Shown here: positions 18,944-27,620 of the stretch, in pieces | How positions within the stretch are numbered: position 1 is the stretch's first letter | Layout of the letters: every line of letters begins with the position of its first letter | Assembly: GCA_937890765.1 (NCBI GenBank) | Contig: CALADQ010000009.1 | Span: 15,339-47,338 of the forward strand | DNA length: 32,000 nt | Source: an uncultured Candidatus Neoarthromitus sp. | Lineage (GTDB): Bacteria > Bacillota > Clostridia > Clostridiales > Clostridiaceae | Direction of reading: 5' to 3' | Program-made: the position numbers and the translations under genes | The notes under the pieces: generated by a model | Told to the model about the DNA's origin: nothing | Seen by the model: the letters and a program-made list of their open reading frames with translations, nothing else | Databases searched by the model: none

Positions 18944-19058
18944 CTAGTCCTTTAAATTTAGTCCAGAGAGGCTAACAAGGTCGACCGTTATAAAAAAGTT
19001 TTTACACAATCTTTGCATATTAAAATCGACCTTCTTTAAATTTAAGAAGGTCTTTTTT
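18944..19058 (+). promoter_or_regulatory. PyrR-binding transcription attenuator upstream of codB
   Basis: PyrR binding-loop consensus AGTCCAGAGAGGCTAACAAGG (18960-18980). Antiterminator AAGGTCGA (18977-18984)/TCGACCTT (19026-19033) is mutually exclusive with both the binding loop stem and terminator GACCTTCTT (19028-19036)/AAGAAGGTC (19044-19052)+T6. Confidence 0.93.
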
Positions 19059-19112
19059 GTTATAAATTTTAAGACTAGTTTTCATAATCAATAATTTTTA
19101 GGAGATTGATTT

Positions 19113-20360
19113 ATGAAAAAAATAATTCATTTAAACAACAACGATTACGAACTTTCTAACGTTTTTAGTAAAGACAAAAAAGGATTTTTCTCAATGCTAG
19201 TTATTATGCTTGGATTTACATTTTTCTCAGCAAGTATGATGACAGGTGGGACTCTTGGAACTGGTTTGGATTTCAAAAATTTTATCATTGCAGTTGCTGC
19301 AGGAAATTTAATTCTCGCAATATACACTGGCCTTCTTGCATACGTTGGTTCTTCTACAGGACTATCGATGCATTTGTTAACGAGATATTCATTTGGAGAA
19401 AAAGGTTCTTATTTAGCATCTTTTATAACAAGTATAACTCAGATTGGTTGGTTTGGAGTTGGAATTTCAATGTTTGCAATACCAATCGCAAATAGATTTA
19501 ATATAAATGTTTATGTTTTAGTTGGAATAACTGGGATTCTCATGACATCAACCGCATATTTCGGAATAAAATCCTTGACTATATTAAGTGCCATAGCAGT
19601 ACCTGCAATTGCAATATTAGGTAGCACTTCAATTTTTATAGCTACAAATTCTGTTGGTGGAATAAATGACTTGATGAATATAACTCCTGTTGATAAAATT
19701 TCTTTAATTAGTGCAATTTCATTATGCATAGGGTCATTCATAAGTGGTGGAACAGTTACACCAGACTTCGCGAGATTTTCAAAAAAGAAAATGTCTGCGG
19801 TATTAACAACAGTTATCGCATTTTTCATTGGGAATTCATTAATGTTTCTATTTGGAGCAATAGGAGCTATGGTTAAAGGAACTGCCGAAGTAGCAGATGT
19901 ATTATTTTCACAAGGGCTCGTAATACCTGCAATAATAGTTTTAGGTTTAAACATTTGGACTACAAACGACAATGCACTTTACACTTCTGGGCTTGGACTT
20001 TCAAACATAACAAAAATATCTAAAAAGAAACTTGTGTTAATAAGTGGTTTAATTGGAACTGTAGGAGCGATATGGCTCAACAATAATTTTATTGAATTTC
20101 TAACATTTTTAAACTCTATGCTTCCACCAATTGGAGGAATAATAATCGCAGATTTTTTCTTCGTAAACAAACGCAAATATGAAAAAATAGAAAATGTAAA
20201 ATTCAAATCCATAAATCCAATTGCCATAATTTCATTTTTAATTGGATTTTCCACAGCTCACTTAATAAAATTTGGGATAACAGCAATAAATGTTTTGATT
20301 ATTACAATTATTTCTTATGTTATTGGAATGAAATTATTTTATAAGAAAGGAACTCATTAA
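19113..20360 (+). CDS. codB: Cytosine permease (NCS1 family, CodB-like)
   Basis: [21 protein letters not shown]...[26 protein letters not shown]...[17 protein letters not shown]; multi-pass NCS1 permease. AGGAG RBS; overlaps the codA start. Confidence 0.92.
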   Translation: MKKIIHLNNNDYELSNVFSKDKKGFFSMLVIMLGFTFFSASMMTGGTLGTGLDFKNFIIAVAAGNLILAIYTGLLAYVGSSTGLSMHLLTRYSFGEKGSYLASFITSITQIGWFGVGISMFAIPIANRFNINVYVLVGITGILMTSTAYFGIKSLTILSAIAVPAIAILGSTSIFIATNSVGGINDLMNITPVDKISLISAISLCIGSFISGGTVTPDFARFSKKKMSAVLTTVIAFFIGNSLMFLFGAIGAMVKGTAEVADVLFSQGLVIPAIIVLGLNIWTTNDNALYTSGLGLSNITKISKKKLVLISGLIGTVGAIWLNNNFIEFLTFLNSMLPPIGGIIIADFFFVNKRKYEKIENVKFKSINPIAIISFLIGFSTAHLIKFGITAINVLIITIISYVIGMKLFYKKGTH

Positions 20361-21625
20361 TGTTAATTAAAAATATTAAACTTTTAGACAGTGAAAAAAT
20401 TGTAAGTATAAGAATAGAAAATAAAATTATAACCGAAATTAATTCTGATTTATCTCCTTATGAAAATGAAGAAGTGATTGAAGGAAATAATCTTTTAGCA
20501 ATTCCTCCATTCATAGAACCGCACATTCATCTCGATACGACTTTAACAGCTGGAGAACCAAAATGGAACAAAAGCGGAACTCTTTTCGAAGGGATAAAGC
20601 GATGGAGTGAAAGAAAAGAATTTTTAACAAAGCACGATGTTAAATCACGAGCTATGAAAGTTGTAAAATGGCAAATTGCAAATGGCATTCAATTCATACG
20701 AACTCATGTGGATGTGACGGATAAAAATTTAGTTGCATTAGAAGCTATGCTCGAACTTAAAGATGATTTAAAAAATTTTGTTACTCTTCAAATAGTTGCG
20801 TTCCCTCAAGAAGGAATTTTATCTTTTAAAAATGGTAAAGAATTATTGGAGCAATCAATAAAATTAGGTGCTGATGTTGTTGGTGCAATTCCACATTTTG
20901 AATTTACAAGAGAGTACGGAGTTGAATCTATAAATTTTATTTTCGATTTAGCGACGAAGTACAATAAACTTATTGATGTTCATTGCGATGAAATTGATGA
21001 TGAACAATCTAGATTTTTAGAAGTAGTTGCAACTAGAGCTTTAGAAAGTGGATTAAAAAATAAAGTTACTGCTAGTCATACAACAGCGATGGGCTCTTAC
21101 AACAACGCTTACACTTTTAAATTATTTAGGCTTTTGAAATTATCAAAAATAAATTTTGTGTGCAACCCTTTAATAAACACTCATCTTCAAGGAAGGTTTG
21201 ACACATATCCAAAACGAAGAGGCTTAACTCGTGTTAAAGAATTAAATGAAAATAATATAAATGTTTGTTTTGGACACGATGACATATTAGACCCATGGTA
21301 TCCAATGGGAACAGGAAACATGATGGAAGTTTTGCATTTTGGACTTCACGTGTGTCAAATGATGGGATATGATGACATAAATGAATCAATTAAATTTATA
21401 ACTAAAAATAGCGCATTAACATTAAACATAGAAGATGATTATAAAATTGAAATTTCAAAACCTGGAAATCTAATTATACTTAACAGTGAAAATATTTTTG
21501 ATGCTGTGAGAAAAAAGTGTGACGTTATCTATTCAATTAGGGAAGGAAAAATAATTTCAAAAAACAATCCTAAACAATCTTACGTGAACTTAAATGGACT
21601 TGAGGAAATAAATTTTATGAAGTAA
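20360..21625 (+). CDS. codA: Cytosine deaminase
   Basis: [39 protein letters not shown]...[17 protein letters not shown]...[17 protein letters not shown]...[26 protein letters not shown]...[29 protein letters not shown]; very close to E. coli CodA as remembered. Starts within the codB stop codon. Confidence 0.96.
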   Translation: MLIKNIKLLDSEKIVSIRIENKIITEINSDLSPYENEEVIEGNNLLAIPPFIEPHIHLDTTLTAGEPKWNKSGTLFEGIKRWSERKEFLTKHDVKSRAMKVVKWQIANGIQFIRTHVDVTDKNLVALEAMLELKDDLKNFVTLQIVAFPQEGILSFKNGKELLEQSIKLGADVVGAIPHFEFTREYGVESINFIFDLATKYNKLIDVHCDEIDDEQSRFLEVVATRALESGLKNKVTASHTTAMGSYNNAYTFKLFRLLKLSKINFVCNPLINTHLQGRFDTYPKRRGLTRVKELNENNINVCFGHDDILDPWYPMGTGNMMEVLHFGLHVCQMMGYDDINESIKFITKNSALTLNIEDDYKIEISKPGNLIILNSENIFDAVRKKCDVIYSIREGKIISKNNPKQSYVNLNGLEEINFMK

Positions 21626-21656
21626 ATGGATTTTAATTTTATCCATTTGCTTTTTT
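21622..21656 (+). terminator. Intrinsic terminator after codA
   Basis: GTAAATGGAT-...-ATCCATTTGC stem followed by TTTTTTGTTTTTTTG. Confidence 0.75.
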
Positions 21657-21719
21657 GTTTTTTGCAAAAAATAATTTTGAGTTATCCACACTCTTATGCA
21701 CCCTGTGTTGTTAAATTCA

Positions 21720-21748
21720 TTGTAAACATTAAACATTAATGCTATAAT
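21720..21748 (+). promoter_or_regulatory. Promoter for SunS-like glycosyltransferase gene
   Basis: TTGTAA (21720-21725), 17-nt spacer, TATAAT (21743-21748) with TGn extended -10 context. Confidence 0.65.
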
Positions 21749-21841
21749 TTTGTAGAATTAACAATAAACATATTAGTGATTTTAACAAAAATCTAAAATT
21801 AAAATTTATAATGTACGCAACTTGCTGAAAGGTGGTATAAG

Positions 21842-23245
21842 ATGTTAACCCTACGTTCGATAACAGAAAGTATAGATATTGATTATTTTAAATTTAATTT
21901 AAATTTTCATAAATACATTGAAGACAAATTGAAACAAGACAAGTTCAAAACAACAAAAGAATTTAAAAAGAATTTAAAAAGAAGAATACAACTTTTAAGT
22001 TGCATAAATGGTACATGCCCTGATTTGTTGAAATTCTTTATAAATGATGATTACACAAATTATCAAGAAGATTTTACTAACGAAGACCTTGTTGATTTAG
22101 TGAACAAATTTTCAGACGATGAACCAATAAAATTAAGTGTAAATCTAATAGTTTATAATGAAGAACGTTGCATAGAACGCTGTCTATCCTCCCTTCTAAC
22201 CTTCGCTGACGAAATTTTAGTTTTAGACACTGGGTCCACAGACAATACAACTAAAATAATCGAAGAAAAATTCCCACAAGTAAAACTTTTTCGTGATAAA
22301 TGGAGAAAAGATTTTGCATACTCGCGAAATATTTTAATAGATAAATCTACAAACGATTGGATTCTTTCAATTGACGCCGATGAAACGCCAATAGATGAAT
22401 TTCATCTCATAAAAGATGTTATTTCTCTATTCAACAATTTTAAAGCTGATAAAGATCACCCTCTTGTATTTTCACCTACTATAGATTCATTAGGTCAAAA
22501 AATAAATACAACAAAAAGAATTTTCAACAAAACACATGAAATGAAATTTGATGGGAAGATTCACGAAGAAATTGTATCTAAAAATGAAAAGGAAATCAAT
22601 TATATAATGCTATCACTAACTTTAAGTCATGACGGATATCATCCCGATGTATTTAAAGAGAAAAATAAGGCAGAGAGAAATACAGAAATCCTAGAAAAAA
22701 TGATAAAATTAGAGCCAAACAAAATAAGATGGTATTATTTTTTAGGACGCGAAAAAAATATTTTAGGACACGATATTGATGAATGTATAAAAATTTTAAA
22801 ATCTGGTTTGAAATTAAAACATACTCAAAATTCTATAGAAAATTTTTACTACAATATTTTAACTTTACTTGCAAAAATATCTGTATCTCATAAAAAATAT
22901 GATTTATTAAAAGAAGTTATCGAATTAATGGAATATGAAATTCCAAATTCCCTAGATGCATTTTATTTTAAATTAATATTGGAAAATGATTCAGTAATGA
23001 GTGATAAATTTCTACAAATAAATAATATGGTAAAATCTATTGGTGATATTTCAAATAAAGTAAATACAATTGATGAAACATATTCTCATATACTTCACAC
23101 TTTAGGTTTAATATATTTAAGTTTCAGAGATTATACAAGAGCATTTTACTATTTTAATCAAATTCAATCTCAAAAAAATATAGATGCCATCAAAGAGATT
23201 CTTTTACCACTTAAAAATGAAATAGATGAATTTATGAAAAAATAA
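21842..23245 (+). CDS. GT2 glycosyltransferase with C-terminal TPR-like region, SunS/ThuS-like architecture
   Basis: LSVNLIVYNEERCIERCLSSLLTFADEILVLDTGSTDNTTKII...DFAYSRNILIDKSTNDWILSIDADE...MKFDGKIHEEIV...LEPNKIRWYYFLGREKNILG. AAAGGTGG RBS. Confidence 0.88.
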   Translation: MLTLRSITESIDIDYFKFNLNFHKYIEDKLKQDKFKTTKEFKKNLKRRIQLLSCINGTCPDLLKFFINDDYTNYQEDFTNEDLVDLVNKFSDDEPIKLSVNLIVYNEERCIERCLSSLLTFADEILVLDTGSTDNTTKIIEEKFPQVKLFRDKWRKDFAYSRNILIDKSTNDWILSIDADETPIDEFHLIKDVISLFNNFKADKDHPLVFSPTIDSLGQKINTTKRIFNKTHEMKFDGKIHEEIVSKNEKEINYIMLSLTLSHDGYHPDVFKEKNKAERNTEILEKMIKLEPNKIRWYYFLGREKNILGHDIDECIKILKSGLKLKHTQNSIENFYYNILTLLAKISVSHKKYDLLKEVIELMEYEIPNSLDAFYFKLILENDSVMSDKFLQINNMVKSIGDISNKVNTIDETYSHILHTLGLIYLSFRDYTRAFYYFNQIQSQKNIDAIKEILLPLKNEIDEFMKK

Positions 23246-23252
23246 AAAAATA

Positions 23253-23282
23253 AAAGATGAAGTTTGAAAGAACTTCATCTTT
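23253..23282. terminator. Bidirectional intrinsic terminator between convergent genes
   Basis: AAAGATGAAGTT-TGAAAG-AACTTCATCTTT perfect 12-bp stem; T-rich on + strand downstream, A-rich upstream (T-tract on the minus strand). Confidence 0.85.
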
Positions 23283-23292
23283 ATTTTTATAA

Positions 23293-26202
23293 TTATTCAA
23301 ATTTAATACCTAATTTTTTAGCCATGTCTTTAACTTCTGGCGTATCTAACATTCTTAAAACAACAGCTGATCTAGCCTGACTTTGAGTTTCCCCTGCTTT
23401 TATTCCTTTTTCAATTTCAGAAACCCAAAAAGCAACTCCTTCACTCTCTCCAGCTCTATCAACTATAGCATACATAGCCTCAACAAACTGAGTATTAGTT
23501 AAATTTTTCTCCAACATTTCTGGAGTAAATGAAACTTGTCCTAAAAATCCTTTTAAAGTTTCTTGTCCACTAACTAATCTTTGTGTCCAATACAACAAAC
23601 CTTCTTGTTCTGGCTCCCTGTTGAAAAATGCTCTATACACTCTAGCCACATATCCCGCAACTCCACCTTGAACTTGCGCATTATTTCCTTCAGAAGTTCT
23701 GAATGTTGGAACATCCAAAGTAGTACTCTTAGTTCCATACTTAAGAACTAACTTCATATCTTTATACTCAGTTCCAACTCTAAGTCCTGATAGCTCAATT
23801 ATATTTTTATCAACATTGTACTTAGCAACAACTCCACTAACTCCTGAACCTGATACTTCAACTACTATTCCTTCTTTATCAGGATTTTTAATATCAGCAG
23901 TTACATTAGCAGTTGTTGTTGTTACTCCAGAAACTTGTACTCCTGAAGTTCCAACTTGAACCTTAGTATCACCAGCTCTCCCAGTAGCATATCTAGTTAT
24001 ACCCTGTTGTGTTTTAATTCCACCTGCATTTATAGAACCAAAAGCACCTATTGAATCTGTTCTTATAGTATTAACCCTATATCCATCCTCCGATGTAGTA
24101 AAATCAAACCTAAAATCTCTAGTCCTATCAGCCTGAATTCCAGTAATAGTTATTTCAACCATTTCTGAAGCCGATTCAACATTTGAAGCGTTAAAGTTCA
24201 ATTTAGCCTCATTACCAACTAGATAATCGTAATCTATATTACCTGATTTATCTACACCATTAACTACTCTATAAGTTTTTTCCATTTTAACATTAGCATC
24301 ATCTATTTTTTCATAAGTACCATTATTATTTATATAAGCAGTAACTCCATTTAAAATCGAATCCGCATCTTTCACTCTTCCAACAAATCTCACTCCACCT
24401 GGAATTTGCTCATACTCTAACTTGGAATCAATCCACGCTTCAGCTCTATTTTCTTTATTAGTAGTTGTAAACCTATTTTCATTTGTTCTAGTATTTGGGA
24501 ACAACACATTAGAATAAGGAGCACTTGCATTTCTTCCTAAAGAAACCGGATTTCCATACCTCTCCCTTCCATTATCATTATAAACAGTTTCAAGGGACAA
24601 GAAATCATAATTTCTATTCTGTTCTAATCCAGTTATTTCGATAGCAAACCAACTAGATTTACTGTTTTTACCATCTTTAGACTTAACATTCTTAACTTCG
24701 TAAGTTTCCCCACCTCTTAATCCTCTAACTTCAATTCTCTCAAGGTTAGTTGTGTCATCAACTTTAACAATGTAAGTCAATCTATCAAGACCAACATTTA
24801 CTTGATATAAATTACTTTTATTAAGCAGTGTATTATATCCACCAATCTCTGAAGATCTATTCTCAGACGTTGCAACAACTAAATATTTTCCTGTAACCCC
24901 AGGTGTTCCTGTAGCCCTACTATCATCAAATCTAACTCTTTGAGTTCTCTCTCCATCACCTGATTTATAAGTTATATCCATGTATTCAAACTCATAAGTT
25001 GTCCTATTATTAAGACCATTTATCTTAATATCTTTGTACCTATTCCTATAATCTACATCTGAAGCAGAAAAATTTGACTTTGGCTCTCCAGGATATTTAC
25101 CAACTGAGAAGTTACCTACTTCAGCATTAAATACATCTCCTCTTCTGTCAGTAACAGTAACACCTGTTATAACTGAATCTGTATCCTTAACAACATCAAC
25201 CAAAGTAACTGATGAACCTGAAACATTAACAAACGTATGCTCATTTTGCTCTATTATATTATCACCATCATCAACAAATTGATTAGCTTGTTTTCCATCT
25301 ACGGATCTAATATAAGAGTATAAAGAATCAGTTAAAGTCCAAGTAGCAGTAGGTATAACAGCACTTCCTGTATTATAGTTTAAATCTGTCTGTAGTGAGT
25401 AAGTTGTAAATTCCTTTTTAATACTATCATAGCTTGTACCTAAATACAAATCGGTCCTAGAATCTAATTCTATATTAGTTACATTTATTCCAGTTGGAAG
25501 TCCTCTTAGAGTTAAGTAAACCAATCCATTCTCGTCAACCAAAGAATTTAAATTCTCAACTGAAGAAGCCTTTCTAGGAGATTCGAATCTAATATCTTTC
25601 GCTGAAACATTAGTAGTCCTTGTTTTTCCATCTTGCTCATAAGTCACTAACAACTCAAGCCCTTTATTCTTGTCCAATCCTAAAAATGCATCATTCAATT
25701 TTTTACCAAGTATATCTTGTCTAGCTGTAGAGATTGAATTTCCACCATTATGCTGGTTAGAATTAATCAGATTAACATTGTCTCTGTACTCACTAACAGC
25801 ATTACTTATTTCACTTCTTAGGTAGGATTCCAAATTTCCTGTAATCCTTAATCCTAATCTTATAAAACCACCTTGTCTATCGTCAGCTTCATAAGCTGTT
25901 TTATTTTGTCCAACAATAGTCTTTTTACCTAAAACACCAGTTTCCACTTTTTCAATTGATAGAACAGTTTCTTTAGTTTCAGATGCTGTTGAAGATAACT
26001 TATCATTAGAATTTATATCGTAAGCATCAACAACCTCTAAACCATTCAAAGACCAGTTATTTTCGAAGAACCCTTGATCTTTAGATATATCTACATTAGT
26101 AGTTACGCCCGCAGCATTCGCATGAGTAGCTGGAACAACCGTTACCGCCATAGCAATCAGAGCGACGCTTGCAACCAAATTTCTCAATTTTTTAGATTTC
26201 AT
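23293..26202 (-). CDS. Large secreted surface protein with C-terminal DUF4214-type domain, paralogue of 13006..15180
   Basis: Signal peptide MKSKKLRNLVASVALIAMAVTVVPATHANA; repeated GLP/GLRGGETYE/GLNNRTTYEF Fn3-like modules; C-terminal YVARVYRAFFNREPEQEGLLYWTQRLVSGQ...FVEAMYAIVDRAGESEGVAFWVSEIEKG. AGGAGG RBS. Confidence 0.87.
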   Translation of the reverse strand: MKSKKLRNLVASVALIAMAVTVVPATHANAAGVTTNVDISKDQGFFENNWSLNGLEVVDAYDINSNDKLSSTASETKETVLSIEKVETGVLGKKTIVGQNKTAYEADDRQGGFIRLGLRITGNLESYLRSEISNAVSEYRDNVNLINSNQHNGGNSISTARQDILGKKLNDAFLGLDKNKGLELLVTYEQDGKTRTTNVSAKDIRFESPRKASSVENLNSLVDENGLVYLTLRGLPTGINVTNIELDSRTDLYLGTSYDSIKKEFTTYSLQTDLNYNTGSAVIPTATWTLTDSLYSYIRSVDGKQANQFVDDGDNIIEQNEHTFVNVSGSSVTLVDVVKDTDSVITGVTVTDRRGDVFNAEVGNFSVGKYPGEPKSNFSASDVDYRNRYKDIKINGLNNRTTYEFEYMDITYKSGDGERTQRVRFDDSRATGTPGVTGKYLVVATSENRSSEIGGYNTLLNKSNLYQVNVGLDRLTYIVKVDDTTNLERIEVRGLRGGETYEVKNVKSKDGKNSKSSWFAIEITGLEQNRNYDFLSLETVYNDNGRERYGNPVSLGRNASAPYSNVLFPNTRTNENRFTTTNKENRAEAWIDSKLEYEQIPGGVRFVGRVKDADSILNGVTAYINNNGTYEKIDDANVKMEKTYRVVNGVDKSGNIDYDYLVGNEAKLNFNASNVESASEMVEITITGIQADRTRDFRFDFTTSEDGYRVNTIRTDSIGAFGSINAGGIKTQQGITRYATGRAGDTKVQVGTSGVQVSGVTTTTANVTADIKNPDKEGIVVEVSGSGVSGVVAKYNVDKNIIELSGLRVGTEYKDMKLVLKYGTKSTTLDVPTFRTSEGNNAQVQGGVAGYVARVYRAFFNREPEQEGLLYWTQRLVSGQETLKGFLGQVSFTPEMLEKNLTNTQFVEAMYAIVDRAGESEGVAFWVSEIEKGIKAGETQSQARSAVVLRMLDTPEVKDMAKKLGIKFE

Positions 26203-26463
26203 ATTTGTCCTCCTAAATCTTTAAAACAAAGTTAAAAACTACTTCACCATAATAATTATTACTAAAATTTAATTATTGTGTATTGTGATTTTCTCTTGGC
26301 ATAATAATAACATTTGTAATCTTTTTTTAACATATTTATATAATATGATTTTTCTAATGTTTTACTATTATTTTGAATTATATCTCCTATTCTCTCTATT
26401 TTCCTTACAATTTTATTTTTTAAATTACACTTTAACACGAAGTATAACACCTATAATTTAATA

Positions 26464-26489
26464 TTTAGAATTTAAATTTAAATTCTAAA
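26464..26489. repeat. Perfect 26-bp AT-only-core palindrome in long intergenic region
   Basis: TTTAGAATTTAAATTTAAATTCTAAA is identical to its reverse complement. Confidence 0.85.
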
Positions 26490-26750
26490 CTAAAGGAGCA
26501 TCTTTTCTATAACAGACGCTCCTCCTTTATAACAAACTAAGGTTTCAAAATAGAAATATTTATTTATATAGAATAATTACAAAATATTAACAAAAGTTAT
26601 AAATTAAAGCCATAAACAATAATACTAACTAAAAATTTTACTTATACTGCTTAAAACCAAGAAATAAATATAGATTAAAACAAGTTTTATTATATTCCAT
26701 CTTAATATTAAGAGGTTAAACATTAATATCTCTCAATATTAACGCAACTC

Positions 26751-26778
26751 ATTATACATAATTTTAGATAAAAATTCA
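26751..26778 (-). promoter_or_regulatory. Candidate minus-strand promoter starting a ~550-nt leader toward the DUF4214 gene
   Basis: Minus strand TTGAAT-16 nt-TATAAT, -10 at 26756-26751, immediately upstream of a 13-bp hairpin. Confidence 0.4.
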
Positions 26779-26885
26779 ATAATAATCATAAATTATTATT
26801 TTATTTTTTTTGTTTTAAATTGATTTATTTACAATTATTATTTATTTTATAAATCTAGATTAATTTCGACTTGGAGGATAAATAA

Positions 26886-27599
26886 ATGATAAACAAACTT
26901 AAATTACGCCATTTTATTATGGTTTATCCCTCTTTATGGATCGTTTATTGCATTTTCGAATTGATATCAGGAAACATCTCAGATTTGTACAGCATGATAA
27001 TGAATTTAATACCTGCTTTGTTATTATGCATAATATCTTATTTGTTCTATATCTATTATGAAAAATCCATATTTCTAAAAACCAAAGGATTAATATTTTC
27101 CATATCTTCTTTGTTTTTAACGGACCAAATTTCTAAAATAATAGTCTCATCAATATTTAAATCAAAAAACATAACAACCCTCAAAGTTATACCCAATTAT
27201 TTTTCAATAACACCTTACATTAATGATAAAGGTTCTTTTGTCGCATCAAGATTCAATATAAATGCTCCATTTATTATTTTTACGATTTTCAATTTTTTAA
27301 TTTTGTTATTGATATTTTGGATATATAGGTTTAAACTTCATAAAAAACAAATTAGTTCAATAGAACAAATATCTTTTATATTTTTATTTTCTGGTGGTCT
27401 CTGTTCGCTTATAGATAAAATTTTTTGGGGTGGAAGTTTGGATTTCTTACACATAAATAATTTGTTTATTGCAGATGTAAAAGATATTTTCATAACTTTA
27501 GGACTTGCAAGTTTTATTCTATCAAGTATAATTTCAGACGATCAAATAAATTTAAAAGAATTTTTAAATTTTACATTTAAATTAAAAATTTCCAAATAA
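26886..27599 (+). CDS. LspA-like (signal peptidase II family) membrane protein with N-terminal hydrophobic extension
   Basis: LTDQISKIIV; INDKGSF; FSGGLCSLIDKIFWGGSLDFLHINNLFIADVKDIFITLG match LspA motifs in order. About 75 extra N-terminal residues with hydrophobic helices. RBS GGAGG. Confidence 0.72.
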   Translation: MINKLKLRHFIMVYPSLWIVYCIFELISGNISDLYSMIMNLIPALLLCIISYLFYIYYEKSIFLKTKGLIFSISSLFLTDQISKIIVSSIFKSKNITTLKVIPNYFSITPYINDKGSFVASRFNINAPFIIFTIFNFLILLLIFWIYRFKLHKKQISSIEQISFIFLFSGGLCSLIDKIFWGGSLDFLHINNLFIADVKDIFITLGLASFILSSIISDDQINLKEFLNFTFKLKISK

Positions 27600-27620
27600 T
27601 TAAACGTGAGGAGGATTTAT

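Noticed and set aside
17262-20254. Minus-strand track ORFs 17262..17453, 18553..18735, 19145..19327, 19511..19972 and 19979..20254
   Set aside because: Antisense to ade and codB, both strongly supported by conserved motifs and upstream RNA elements.
13006-26202. Considered calling the entire region a glycocin/lanthipeptide-type biosynthetic cluster because of the SunS-like GT
   Set aside because: No precursor peptide, LanM/LanC, ABC exporter or thiol-oxidase gene is visible; DUF4214 neighbours favour a surface-protein role.
26276-26461. Plus-strand 61-aa Phe/Leu-rich track ORF
   Set aside because: Low-complexity hydrophobic run in AT-rich intergenic DNA; better explained as the complement of a minus-strand leader or minus-strand mini-ORF.
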